Shown one piece after another: positions 16,897 through 26,268 of a stretch of 39,476 nt of DNA (position 1 is its first letter; each line of letters opens with the position of its first letter). The notes beneath the pieces are model-generated. The model was not told the origin of the DNA, did no database searches, and saw only the letters and a program-made list of their open reading frames with translations. Source of the stretch: Candidatus Azambacteria bacterium RIFCSPLOWO2_01_FULL_44_84 (GTDB taxonomy: Bacteria; Patescibacteriota; Minisyncoccia; UBA10092); assembly GCA_001774075.1 (NCBI GenBank), contig MEYR01000004.1, positions 1 through 39,476 of the forward strand, read 5' to 3'. A program made the position numbers and the translations under genes.

Positions 16897-18249
16897 ATGT
16901 CACGAAAAGGAAAATCAAAATTATTTCAGGTACCTCGCGGTATGCGCGACATTCTGCCGGCCGAGCAAAAATATTGGGAGCGTTGCGTCAAAATCGCTAA
17001 AGAGTTGGCGCTCTATTACGGTTTTGAACTGATAGAAACCCCGATTCTTGAAAATGCCGAGCTTTTCGCTAAGGGCGTCGGCGCGGGCACTGACATTGTC
17101 GAAAAAGAGATGTACACCCTGCGCACCAAGGGAGGCGATCTTCTTGCTCTGCGGCCCGAAGGAACGCCCCCAATCATCCGCTCTTATCTTGAAAACGGCA
17201 TGGTCAGCCAGCCGCACCCGGTCAAACTTTTTTATATTGGACCGATGTTTAGGCATGACGCGCCTCAAGCCGGACGCTATCGTGAACATCACCAGATCGG
17301 TTTTGAAACTATCGGCGATCCGGACCCGGTGATTGACGCCCAGATAATTCAGCTTATCTACGCTATTTTAACCGAACTGGGCCTAAAAGGCCTAACTATC
17401 CAGATAAACAGCATCGGCGACAAACAATGCCGCCCGAAGTTCAGAGACGAGCTAAAAAATTTCTACCGGAATCGAGTTAACCGGCTTTGCAAGAACTGCA
17501 AAAGGAAATTCAAAGAAAATCCCTTGCGTCTTTTCGACTGCAAGGAGGCTGATTGCGTCGCTTTGAGGAGTCTGGCGCCGCATTTAATAGACCATCTTGA
17601 TGAAAATTGCCATAACCACTTTAAGTCAGTCCTTGAATTTCTTGATGAACTAGGGTTGCCATACAGTTTAAATCCTTATTTAGTGAGAGGGCAGGATTAC
17701 TATACGCGTACGGTTTTTGAAGTTGTTCCCGAAGAGGTAGTAGGGGCACAGTCGGCTTTGGGAGGGGGCGGACGTTTTGATGGCCTTATTGAACTGTTAG
17801 GCGGCAAACCTACGCCGGCTGTGGGCGGGGCTTTGGGACTTGAACGGGTCATTGCCGAAATACAACGAAGGGAACTAAAAATCGCGGCTACAAAGCCGCG
17901 TGTCAGAATTTTCTTGGCTCAATTGGGAGATTTGGCAAAAAGAAAAAGCTTAAAACTTTTTGAAGACTTCAGGAAAGCCGGCGTCCAAGTTGCCGAATCG
18001 TTCGGTCGTGATTCGATAAAAGCCCAACTTAGGGTGGCTGACCGGCTTGGCGCCGACATTTCTTTGATTATGGGCCAAAAAGAAGCGCTTGATAATACCG
18101 TAATTTTGCGGGAAATGCAGTCCGGAACGCAAGAAACGATTCCACTGGCAAAGATCATCGATGAGGTTAAAAAGCGGCTCAAAAAGATTGGGCCTGCTCG
18201 GCGGTCGATTAGTAATTTGACTGATGAGGAAATTGATGATAAAAAATAG
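16897..18249 (+). CDS. hisS: histidine--tRNA ligase
   Basis: 'VPRGMRDILP', 'LALRPEGT', 'YIGPMFRHDAPQAGRYREHHQIG', 'GGGGRFDGL'. Confidence 0.96.
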   Translation: MSRKGKSKLFQVPRGMRDILPAEQKYWERCVKIAKELALYYGFELIETPILENAELFAKGVGAGTDIVEKEMYTLRTKGGDLLALRPEGTPPIIRSYLENGMVSQPHPVKLFYIGPMFRHDAPQAGRYREHHQIGFETIGDPDPVIDAQIIQLIYAILTELGLKGLTIQINSIGDKQCRPKFRDELKNFYRNRVNRLCKNCKRKFKENPLRLFDCKEADCVALRSLAPHLIDHLDENCHNHFKSVLEFLDELGLPYSLNPYLVRGQDYYTRTVFEVVPEEVVGAQSALGGGGRFDGLIELLGGKPTPAVGGALGLERVIAEIQRRELKIAATKPRVRIFLAQLGDLAKRKSLKLFEDFRKAGVQVAESFGRDSIKAQLRVADRLGADISLIMGQKEALDNTVILREMQSGTQETIPLAKIIDEVKKRLKKIGPARRSISNLTDEEIDDKK

Positions 18250-18260
18250 GTTCTGGAACC

Positions 18261-18599
18261 ATGGAGTGCATTTTTTGCAAAATAGCCAATAAAGAGATTT
18301 TTTCAGAGATAATCGCCGAAGATGAGGCATTCGTTGTTTTCAAAGATATAAAGCCGAAAGCGCCAGTTCACCTCTTGTTCATCCCTAAAACGCATTTAGG
18401 TCCGGTGAATACTCTTAGACTAAAAGATACCGAGCTTGTTGGTCGGCTGATACTTAAGGCGAAGGAAGTCGCGCAAAGTTCGGGAATTTCCGAAGATGGT
18501 TACCGATTAATTTTTAATATCGGCCGAGATGCTGGCATGGAAGTTGAACATCTCCACCTGCATCTGTTAGCAGGCAAACCTCTGAAATTGGTAAATTAG
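18261..18599 (+). CDS. HIT-family (HinT-like) nucleotide hydrolase
   Basis: 112 aa; histidine triad 'HLHLHLL'. Confidence 0.9.
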   Translation: MECIFCKIANKEIFSEIIAEDEAFVVFKDIKPKAPVHLLFIPKTHLGPVNTLRLKDTELVGRLILKAKEVAQSSGISEDGYRLIFNIGRDAGMEVEHLHLHLLAGKPLKLVN

Positions 18600-18606
18600 T
18601 AACTTT

Positions 18607-18837
18607 ATGGCAGTTGAAGTCAGAAAAAAAGAAAAAGAAACCACAGCGTCTTTATTGAGGCGCTTTTCCAGGCGTGTTCAGCAAAGCGGCGTCTTATTGC
18701 GCGCCCGCCGTACTCGTTTTTACGAACCCCCGAAGTCGAAGCGCAAGAAAAGAATTGACGCTTTACGGCGAGCGACGATGACCAAAGAACATGAAAAATT
18801 AGTTAAGCTCGGTAAGATAGAAGAAAGACGAAGATAA
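18607..18837 (+). CDS. rpsU: 30S ribosomal protein S21
   Basis: 76 aa, basic; 'SLLRRFSRRVQQSGVLLRARRTRFYEPPKSKRKKR'. Confidence 0.88.
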   Translation: MAVEVRKKEKETTASLLRRFSRRVQQSGVLLRARRTRFYEPPKSKRKKRIDALRRATMTKEHEKLVKLGKIEERRR

Positions 18838-18840
18838 ATT

Positions 18841-18958
18841 ATCATAATCCGAATGATTGGAATCTTTATCCGAATAACCCGAATATGCAGAAACCTAAAC
18901 TAAAATTCATTCGGAATATTCGGATATTAGGATTATAAATTCGGATTATTAAGCGAAG
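18841..18958. repeat. word-repeat hairpin spacer ('ccgaat' / 'attcgg')
   Basis: Left arm 'ataatccgaat..tatccgaata..acccgaata'; right arm 'attcggaat..attcggata..attcggattat'. Confidence 0.8.
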
Positions 18959-18961
18959 CGT

Positions 18962-19456
18962 ATGAATTTAAACCAAAAACTGACCGAAGACATGAAAGCC
19001 GCGATGAAAAGCGGCGATTCACAAACGCTCTTGACCGTTAAACTTCTGATCAGCGCGATTCACAATAAAGAAATAGAAAAAAGAACCAAGCTCTCCAAAC
19101 AAGTCACCGAAGCGCGGGAACTCGAAGAAAAATCCCGTCTGACCGAAGAAGAAATTATCGAAGTGATCTCAAGCGAAGTAAAAAAACGCAAAGACTCCAT
19201 TGCCGCTTACGAATCCGCGAGACCTGACTTGGCGGAAAAAGAAAAACAGGAATTGGAAATCCTAAAAAAATACGCGCCGAAGGAATTGTCCGGGGAAGAG
19301 GTAAGAATAATCGTAAAAGCAAAAATTATCGAGACCGGCGCTTCTTCCACCAAAGATTTTGGCAAAGTGATGGGCAGGGTAACTCAAGAAACCAAGGGAC
19401 GGGCCGATGGAGTTCTGGTAAAGAAGATCGTTGAGGAAGAATTATCCCAACTATAA
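18962..19456 (+). CDS. GatB/YqeY-domain protein
   Basis: 164 aa; 'LTEDMKAAMKSGD...TVKLLISAI' and 'DFGKVMG' fit the YqeY pattern. Confidence 0.82.
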   Translation: MNLNQKLTEDMKAAMKSGDSQTLLTVKLLISAIHNKEIEKRTKLSKQVTEARELEEKSRLTEEEIIEVISSEVKKRKDSIAAYESARPDLAEKEKQELEILKKYAPKELSGEEVRIIVKAKIIETGASSTKDFGKVMGRVTQETKGRADGVLVKKIVEEELSQL

Positions 19457-19563
19457 ATTTTAAATTTCTAATTTTAAATTTTCAATGAATTTCTAATGAT
19501 TTAATGTTTAAAAATTAAGAAATTAGAATTTGATTCAAAATTTAAAATTCAAAATTGGAAATT

Positions 19564-20082
19564 ATGCCGCATGAGATTCTTGTATATAATAAAACGAAGT
19601 TTCTGATACCCCGTAAATTCGTTGTTAATGTTATTTTGAAATCGCTTAAAAACCTCGGAATTAAACAGCCAGTCGAAATGGCTGTTTTAGTTGTCGGCGA
19701 CAAGAAAATTCGCCGGCTGAACCGAATCTGGCGAAGAAAAAACAGGGCCACTAATGTATTGTCTTTTCCACAGATGACAAAAACCGAGTTGAAAAAATCG
19801 GTTAATTTTGGCTCTGGAAGTCGGAAATTGGGAAAACCTGCCCGTCCGGAAGGCGGGTTTGATTTGCAGTCAAAGTCCGTGATATCATTAGGACAAATAT
19901 TGATAGATCCGCACCAAATTCTGTCGGGAATAAAAAAGAATCGAAAAGATTTCGAAAAAGAATTGATAAAACTTGTTATCCACGGCCTTCTGCATCTTCT
20001 CGGATACGATCATAAGACAACAAAAGAAGGGCGTGAGATGGCGGCACGAGAAGAGAAAATTTTAAAAAATATCAAATTATAA
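19564..20082 (+). CDS. ybeY: rRNA maturation endoribonuclease YbeY
   Basis: ATG at 19564 preferred to the TTG at 19555. 'TNVLSFP' and metal site 'HGLLHLLGYDH'. Confidence 0.9.
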   Translation: MPHEILVYNKTKFLIPRKFVVNVILKSLKNLGIKQPVEMAVLVVGDKKIRRLNRIWRRKNRATNVLSFPQMTKTELKKSVNFGSGSRKLGKPARPEGGFDLQSKSVISLGQILIDPHQILSGIKKNRKDFEKELIKLVIHGLLHLLGYDHKTTKEGREMAAREEKILKNIKL

Positions 20083-20111
20083 CTTTTCACTTTAAATTTT
20101 TAATTTCTATT

Positions 20112-21332
20112 ATGACTCGCGAACAAATAATCGTAGGATTGGATGTCGGCACGACGGCTGTGAAAACGGTTGTTGCCCAGAAATCTCGGACACAACTTTT
20201 GCCTCAAATCGTCGGCTGGGGTTCTGCCGACAGTCGCGGTATTAAAAAGGGAGTGGTTGACGACATTGAAGAAGCGGCTTTAGCTATAAGCGAATCCTTT
20301 GAAAAAGCGAGAGCTCACGCGGGCATTAAGTTTGATGAAGCGATTGTCAGCGTCGGCGGCGATCACGTTATCGTTAGGCCGTCGCGCGGTATCGCAATGG
20401 TTTCACGCGCCGACCGGATTATTTCAAACGAAGACATTGAACGCGCTTTGGCGCAGGCGTCATCTTTAACACCCATCCCGAACAGGGAATTGCTGCATAA
20501 TCTGCCCCAGGCCTGGAGCGTTGACGACGATCGGGCAGTCAAGGATCCTCTTGGCATGACAGGAAGCCGTTTGGAAGTTAACACCCTTTTGATTGAAGGT
20601 TTTTCCAAGCCCATAAAAGATTTACGAAAAGCGGCGGACCTCGCCGGAATACGCGTAAAAGAAATAGTTTTTACGCCGCTGGCCGCTTCACGCGCCATCC
20701 TAAACCGGAAACAGCGGGATTTAGGAGCTTTGGTCTTGGATATCGGTGGCGGCACGACGAGTCTCGCGGTTTTTGAAGAAGGGGACATCACTCACGCGAT
20801 GGTCCTGCCTTTTGGTTCTCATTATGTAACGCGGGACTTAGTCAAGGGACTTGTTATAGACGCCGAATCCGCCGAAAAACTGAAAAAGGCCCATGGTTCG
20901 GCATTTGTTGAATCAACCAGTTCCAGAGACATGGTTGACTTGAAAAAATTCGGGGGGGATAAAACCGTTGAGCGCAAAGTAATAGCTGAAATTTGCGAAG
21001 CGAGGTTTTCAGAAATTCTTGAGCAGGTCCAAAAACAGGTTAAGTCGCTGAAAAAATCAATTTATCTGCCGGGAGGCGTGGTGCTGACTGGCGGTGGCTC
21101 AAAGATTCCGAGGCTTGATAAACTGGCAAAAAAGGAGCTCGGTTTGCCGACGGCTCGCGGAGTTGCCGAAGAAATCATCGGGCCAGAAGAAATTCTCCAG
21201 GATTCTTCTTATGCTACGGCTTTGGGATTGGTGATGTGGGGATTTGACGAGGGAAAGGTATTGGTATCCCAAAACGATGAAGAAGGTTTTTGGAGGGGTC
21301 TGATGAACTGGCTGAAGAAATTTGCCCCGTAA
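20112..21332 (+). CDS. ftsA: cell division protein FtsA
   Basis: 'GLDVGTTAVKTVV', 'DIGGGTTSLAVF'; immediately upstream of ftsZ. Confidence 0.93.
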   Translation: MTREQIIVGLDVGTTAVKTVVAQKSRTQLLPQIVGWGSADSRGIKKGVVDDIEEAALAISESFEKARAHAGIKFDEAIVSVGGDHVIVRPSRGIAMVSRADRIISNEDIERALAQASSLTPIPNRELLHNLPQAWSVDDDRAVKDPLGMTGSRLEVNTLLIEGFSKPIKDLRKAADLAGIRVKEIVFTPLAASRAILNRKQRDLGALVLDIGGGTTSLAVFEEGDITHAMVLPFGSHYVTRDLVKGLVIDAESAEKLKKAHGSAFVESTSSRDMVDLKKFGGDKTVERKVIAEICEARFSEILEQVQKQVKSLKKSIYLPGGVVLTGGGSKIPRLDKLAKKELGLPTARGVAEEIIGPEEILQDSSYATALGLVMWGFDEGKVLVSQNDEEGFWRGLMNWLKKFAP

Positions 21333-21341
21333 AGACTTTCT

Positions 21342-21440
21342 CCTACCAATTACGAATGATCGCGAATTACGAATAAATAAAATAAATTTATAATTGGCAT
21401 TTGAAATATTCGTAATTCGGTGTTATTCGTAATTAGTAGG
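21342..21440. repeat. CCTAC-(ATTACGAAT)n hairpin element, copy 1
   Basis: 'cctaccaattacgaat..cgaattacgaat' pairs with 'attcgtaattcgg..attcgtaattagtagg'. The right end 'gtaggaa' sits 8 nt before the ftsZ ATG. Confidence 0.85.
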
Positions 21441-21448
21441 AAATTTAT

Positions 21449-22645
21449 ATGCCTCACATTAAACCGGACATAGAAACATTCGCGCGTATTAAAGTGGTCG
21501 GTGTCGGCGGCGGCGGCGGCAACGCCGTTACCCGCATGGTTAACGCTCAAATAAAGGGCGTTGATTTTATTGCCGTCAATACCGATGCGCAGGATCTGCA
21601 CCATACAAAGGCCCAGGTGAAAATCCACATAGGCAAAAATTTGACCCGGGGTCTCGGCGCGGGGATGAACCCGGACGTCGGCCGGCAGGCGGCGGAAGAA
21701 AACCGCGACGAAATTCAGGACGCCCTAAGGGGGGCTGACCTTGTTTTTATCACCTGCGGTCTTGGCGGCGGAACCGGTTCGGGCGCCTCGCCGGTCATTG
21801 CCGACGCGGCTAAAGACGTCGGTGCTTTGGTAGTGGCAGTTGTTACAAGACCCTTTGGTTTTGAAGGAGCCCAGCGGACCAAGATAGCCGATGAGGCGAT
21901 GACACAGCTGCGCGACCGCGTCGACACTCTCATTACGATTCCGAACGATAAAATCCATAATTTAATTGATAAGAATACGAGCATTTTGGATGCTTTTGGC
22001 ATAGTTGATGACATTTTGCGTCAGGGCGTTCAGGGCATTGCCGATCTGATAACTTACCCCGGCATTGTTAATGTGGATTTTGCCGATATAAAGGTAATCA
22101 TGTCCGAAGCCGGGTCGGCTCTTTTGGGCATCGGCAAGGCCTCGGGTGAAGACCGCGCAGTAAACGCGGCTAAGTCCGCTATTAACTCTCCTTTACTTGA
22201 TGTTTCTATTGACGGCGCCCGGGGTGTTTTGTTCAATGTTTCCGGTGGCGCGGACCTAACAATGACCGACATAAACGACGCCGCGAAAGCTATTACAGAG
22301 TCAATCGATTCCAACGCCAAAGTCATTTTTGGCGCCTTGCATGATACTCGCCTGAAGAAAGGTGAGGTTAAAGTGACTGTAATCGCCACCGGATTTGGAA
22401 GTAATAGAAGTAATAGCAATGGGAATGAGCCGCTTTTTAAAAGTGAATCGCAGCTCAAGCCGCCCTTTAAACCCGCACTGATCCGGCCGGTCATATCGTT
22501 GGATATAAATGGCAATGGTAAAAAATCGGAAGTAATCAAAGGTATTAACGTCTCTAAAAAACCCGAAGTCCAAATCATTGATGAGGAAGAAGACGAGTGG
22601 GATGTACCGGCATTTTTAAGAAGAAAAAAGGATGTTAAGAAATAA
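21449..22645 (+). CDS. ftsZ: cell division GTPase FtsZ
   Basis: 'GVGGGGGNAV', 'GGGTGSGASPVIA', C-terminal 'DVPAFLRR'. Confidence 0.98.
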   Translation: MPHIKPDIETFARIKVVGVGGGGGNAVTRMVNAQIKGVDFIAVNTDAQDLHHTKAQVKIHIGKNLTRGLGAGMNPDVGRQAAEENRDEIQDALRGADLVFITCGLGGGTGSGASPVIADAAKDVGALVVAVVTRPFGFEGAQRTKIADEAMTQLRDRVDTLITIPNDKIHNLIDKNTSILDAFGIVDDILRQGVQGIADLITYPGIVNVDFADIKVIMSEAGSALLGIGKASGEDRAVNAAKSAINSPLLDVSIDGARGVLFNVSGGADLTMTDINDAAKAITESIDSNAKVIFGALHDTRLKKGEVKVTVIATGFGSNRSNSNGNEPLFKSESQLKPPFKPALIRPVISLDINGNGKKSEVIKGINVSKKPEVQIIDEEEDEWDVPAFLRRKKDVKK

Positions 22646-22654
22646 GGGCTTCCT

Positions 22655-22725
22655 CCTACGAATTACGAATGCGGTCGAATTACGAATTTATAATTTGTAA
22701 TTCGCTAATATTCGTAATTAGTAGG
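22655..22725. repeat. CCTAC-(ATTACGAAT)n hairpin element, copy 2
   Basis: 'cctacgaattacgaatgcggtcgaattacgaat' and 'attcgctaatattcgtaattagtagg'. 'taggattgcATG' leads into comEC. Confidence 0.85.
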
Positions 22726-22730
22726 ATTGC

Positions 22731-24092
22731 ATGCCTAAATCAAAAGTTTTTGTTTTGATATTGATGAGTTTTGTGGGAGGCATATTTCTGTATTCATTTT
22801 TAAAAACTCCGCCGATGATTATCGGCGGAGTTTTTGTTTTCGGCGTTTTCATATTACTGAGAGGCGCTTGCCGCAGGTTTAAAGATTTAGAGTTCGTTTT
22901 CGGAATCGTTTTTGGCATTTGCATTTTGATTTTCGGTTTTGGACTCTGGCGCAGCGCAGTGGTTTTTGATAACACAGGGCGAGGGATAACTTCTTATGCG
23001 AGCGGCGACGCTCTAGAGCTTTCCGGTTTGGTATCAGAAGAGCCGGATGTCAGGACAGACGCGGTCTATTATGTTTTAGAAACGCCTGACTTTGGCAAGG
23101 TTCTTTTTAAAACGCCACTCTGGCCGGCATACTCTTACGGCGATTTACTGACGATTAAAGGGATAATTCGTCGGCCGGAAAACTTCGATGACTTTGATTA
23201 TAAAAATTATCTTGCAAAACGGGATATATTTTGGGTTGGACAAAATTTCAAAATTACAAAAGTTGATTCATCCGGCCGCGTGACTCTTTTTGGACGTTTG
23301 TTTTCCTACAAAGGCGCGTTTGTTGCCAGCGTCAATAAAATTTTAAGCGAACCGCACGCTTCTTTTCTAAACGCGCTACTTTTGGGGGCAAGGCGCGGTT
23401 TGCCAAAAGACTTGCTCGAAGCTTTTAATAAAACTGGAACAAGCCATATCGTCGCCATTTCCGGCTACAATATCTCTCTTATCAGTGTCTTAGTTTTCAA
23501 TTTCTTGGCGTATTTGCTTGTTCCGAGGCGTGCCAGTATTTGGATAGTCGGCGCTGGCATAGTTTTCTTTACTGTTATTTCCGGCGCTAGCGCTTCTGTC
23601 GTGCGCGCCGCTATTATGGGGAGCCTTCTGATTATCGCTCGGGCTCGCGATCGGATTTATGGCGTTAGCAATGCGTTGGTTTTAGCCGGAGCGTTAATGC
23701 TCTTTTTAAATCCGCGTCTTTTACGCTATGACGCGGGGTTTCAACTGTCCTTTCTCGCCACTTTGGGGCTTATTTATATTTCGCCATATTTTAATAAATG
23801 GTTTTCGACATTGCCCAATATATTTTCTTTTCGCGCTAATTTGGCGGCGACTCTTTCGGCTCAAGCGGCGGTTTTTCCTGTTTTACTTTTCGGATTCGGA
23901 CAAGTTTCTCTTGTCGCGCCCCTGGCCAATGTTTTAATCTTACCCGCTATCCCTCCGACAATGTTTTTCGGTTTTTTGGCGGGCATTGCCGGCTTCGTGT
24001 CGGTCGGCGCCGCGTCGGTAATAGCGATTCCGGCTTGGATTTTACTTTCTTGGCAACTTTTTATTGTTAAGTTTTTGAGCGGACTATTATGA
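22731..24092 (+). CDS. comEC: ComEC/Rec2 competence channel (N-terminal and membrane domains only)
   Basis: 453 aa, polytopic; signature 'TGTSHIVAISGYNISL'. Confidence 0.88.
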   Translation: MPKSKVFVLILMSFVGGIFLYSFLKTPPMIIGGVFVFGVFILLRGACRRFKDLEFVFGIVFGICILIFGFGLWRSAVVFDNTGRGITSYASGDALELSGLVSEEPDVRTDAVYYVLETPDFGKVLFKTPLWPAYSYGDLLTIKGIIRRPENFDDFDYKNYLAKRDIFWVGQNFKITKVDSSGRVTLFGRLFSYKGAFVASVNKILSEPHASFLNALLLGARRGLPKDLLEAFNKTGTSHIVAISGYNISLISVLVFNFLAYLLVPRRASIWIVGAGIVFFTVISGASASVVRAAIMGSLLIIARARDRIYGVSNALVLAGALMLFLNPRLLRYDAGFQLSFLATLGLIYISPYFNKWFSTLPNIFSFRANLAATLSAQAAVFPVLLFGFGQVSLVAPLANVLILPAIPPTMFFGFLAGIAGFVSVGAASVIAIPAWILLSWQLFIVKFLSGLL

Positions 24093-25042
24093 AGCGTTAT
24101 TTTATTTTCCTGGCGGCAGTTGCGCTTTTTACGGCAGTTATTTGGGGCCTGATTTTTGTAAAAACTCAAGGCGTCCTTTTGGAAGTGATTTTTTTTGATG
24201 TAGGCCAGGGCGATTCTATTTTAATAAAAACGCCTTACGAGCAAACAATGCTGGTTGACGGCGGTCCCGATAATAGAGTTCTAAATAAATTGGGAGACCA
24301 TTTGCCGCCGCTTCAAAAAAGAATCGATATTGTTATTCTCACACATCCTCACGCGGACCATGTTACCGGGCTTGTTGAGGTTCTGAAAAGATATGACGTC
24401 GGAGTGGTCATTATGAGCGCCGCCTATCTGAAGACCGATATATACGGCGAATTTTTAAAAACGCTGCGCGACAAAAATACGTCTATAATATTCGCTAAAG
24501 CTGGTCAGGCGCTTCACTTCGGCCCGAAAATGGATGTTGATATTTTATGGCCGGAAAGAAATAAGCTCGACTTATTCGGCGGATATAATGAAAGCTTCGG
24601 CATGGCCGGCAATGACGTGAATGACGACTCCGTGGTTACGAAGATGAGTTTTGGCGATTTCGCTTTGCTCATGACCGGAGACGCCACATCGGCGGTAGAA
24701 AAACAGCTTTTGGCTTACGGTAACGGCCTGCGGGCGGATATATTGAAAGTGGGCCATCATGGCTCGAAATATTCTTCTTCTTTGGAGTTTCTAAAGTTAG
24801 TTCAGCCTCAAGCCTCGATAATAGAGGTCGGTGCGCGTAATCGCTATGGTCATCCGGCGCCGGCGACTCTGGATCGATTAAAAAATTTTTCGCCTCAAGG
24901 AGCGGACCAGCTTCTCAAGTCTGAAACTTTCGGAGTCGAACGACCTCAGGCTGAAAATATTTCGATATTCCGCACCGATAAAGACAGTGACATCAAAGTA
25001 CTAAGCAATGGTTACACGACGAGCATCTTTAAGGAAAAATAA
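24089..25042 (+). CDS. membrane-anchored MBL-fold hydrolase (ComEC C-terminal domain as a separate ORF)
   Basis: 317 aa. ATGA overlap with comEC, N-terminal TM, 'HPHADHVTGL', 'GHHGS'. Confidence 0.85.
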   Translation: MKRYFIFLAAVALFTAVIWGLIFVKTQGVLLEVIFFDVGQGDSILIKTPYEQTMLVDGGPDNRVLNKLGDHLPPLQKRIDIVILTHPHADHVTGLVEVLKRYDVGVVIMSAAYLKTDIYGEFLKTLRDKNTSIIFAKAGQALHFGPKMDVDILWPERNKLDLFGGYNESFGMAGNDVNDDSVVTKMSFGDFALLMTGDATSAVEKQLLAYGNGLRADILKVGHHGSKYSSSLEFLKLVQPQASIIEVGARNRYGHPAPATLDRLKNFSPQGADQLLKSETFGVERPQAENISIFRTDKDSDIKVLSNGYTTSIFKEK

Positions 25043-25066
25043 ACCACACATTAATAATGTGTGGTT
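25042..25066. terminator. bidirectional hairpin between convergent genes
   Basis: Perfect palindrome 'aaccacacatta a taatgtgtggtt'. Confidence 0.6.
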
Positions 25067-25748
25067 AGGTTGGCAAAATCCGTTTTGGTTGCGGATCTAA
25101 TTCTCCGGATTGCTGCCGGTTCAGAAAATTAATGTAGCGCTGAAGACTGTCGAGCGCGCTGATGGAAAAATTATATCGGACCCCGAGGAATTCTTCCTTA
25201 GCGTGGTAGCCGCCAAGGAAAGCCGCGGTGATACAGCCAAGCTTCTCCGCTTCTTTTATGAAGTGGGGACTATCGTCAATGAAAATCGCTTCTTCCGGTT
25301 TTGCCGGAGCAAGTTCCCGGACCAGATTCCCTATAGTCTCGAGTTTTTGTACATGGTCCATGCCGGCGTAAATTCTAGAAATATAATTTTTTAAGCCGTA
25401 CTTCTCAAGAACGTTCTCGATGATTTTGGTAATTGCCATGCTGACGATAATGACGGTTATGTTTCTTTCATGAAGCCATCGGAGCGTGTCTTCGACGTGG
25501 TCGCAAAGAGGTGCAAAAGGTTTTTGTCTTAATTTCTCTTCGTAAACTCGCCAGATTTCTTCGCGGCTTTGTGTGATGCCCATTTCCCGGTAAAGAGACA
25601 TATAGTCCGGCCGGTAAAGTTTGCGCCAGTTGGCTTCTCCGAAAGGTTGGGCGCCGAAGTGCGCCAGCATCTCGTCAAGCGCCTCGCTGTTAACTCTGTA
25701 GCTTTTGTATAAAGTGCCGTCCCAATCAAAAATAACGAGTTTGATCAC
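25065..25748 (-). CDS. HAD-superfamily hydrolase (phosphoglycolate phosphatase-like)
   Basis: 'MIKLVIFDWDGTL' (DxDGT motif I) and a late 'FIDDS'. Confidence 0.85.
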   Translation of the reverse strand: MIKLVIFDWDGTLYKSYRVNSEALDEMLAHFGAQPFGEANWRKLYRPDYMSLYREMGITQSREEIWRVYEEKLRQKPFAPLCDHVEDTLRWLHERNITVIIVSMAITKIIENVLEKYGLKNYISRIYAGMDHVQKLETIGNLVRELAPAKPEEAIFIDDSPHFIKEAEKLGCITAAFLGGYHAKEEFLGVRYNFSISALDSLQRYINFLNRQQSGELDPQPKRILPT

Positions 25749-26153
25749 TTAAATATCCTTCTGGAAGTACTGATTGAGCCTTTGACTCAAATCAATCAAA
25801 ACATTTTCAAAACTCTTGTGAGGAGTCGGTTTAACATCAGCCGTATTTATGATGACAAACTTCTTAGGGCGCTGGAGGCGCAGGATGATGAAAAACATCC
25901 CAAGATCAAAAACAAAACCGATGCTGTTCTTATCATACCAAATGTGAACTTCATCGGCTTCGAGCATTCTTTCGCGGTTATAGTCGCAAATCAGAAAGCC
26001 GACCCTGTCGGTATTCTGATAAGGGTTGTCTTGGTCGGGCCAATAAACCTCGTATCCGTTTGATTCCATATAATAAACATATCCGTCTATCTTGTTCCTT
26101 ACTTTTTTACTGACGTTTCTTACCGGGCAAATCACGAAGATCTTCTTTCCCAT
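25749..26153 (-). CDS. nucleoside 2-deoxyribosyltransferase-like protein
   Basis: 134 aa. 'KIFVICPVR', 'EADEVHIWYDKNSIGFVFDLGMFF' resembles the Nuc_deoxyri_tr2-type pattern. Called from memory of the family, not from a search. Confidence 0.5.
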   Translation of the reverse strand: MGKKIFVICPVRNVSKKVRNKIDGYVYYMESNGYEVYWPDQDNPYQNTDRVGFLICDYNRERMLEADEVHIWYDKNSIGFVFDLGMFFIILRLQRPKKFVIINTADVKPTPHKSFENVLIDLSQRLNQYFQKDI

Positions 26154-26268
26154 TTCCCGCCTCTATAGATGTTAACGAGCTTTGCCGCTAAATTAAGCTA
26201 TAAAAAGCTCATTGTCAATTAAGACGAACTATGATATTTTTCCTTTACTAAATTAATTTTCTAAAATC

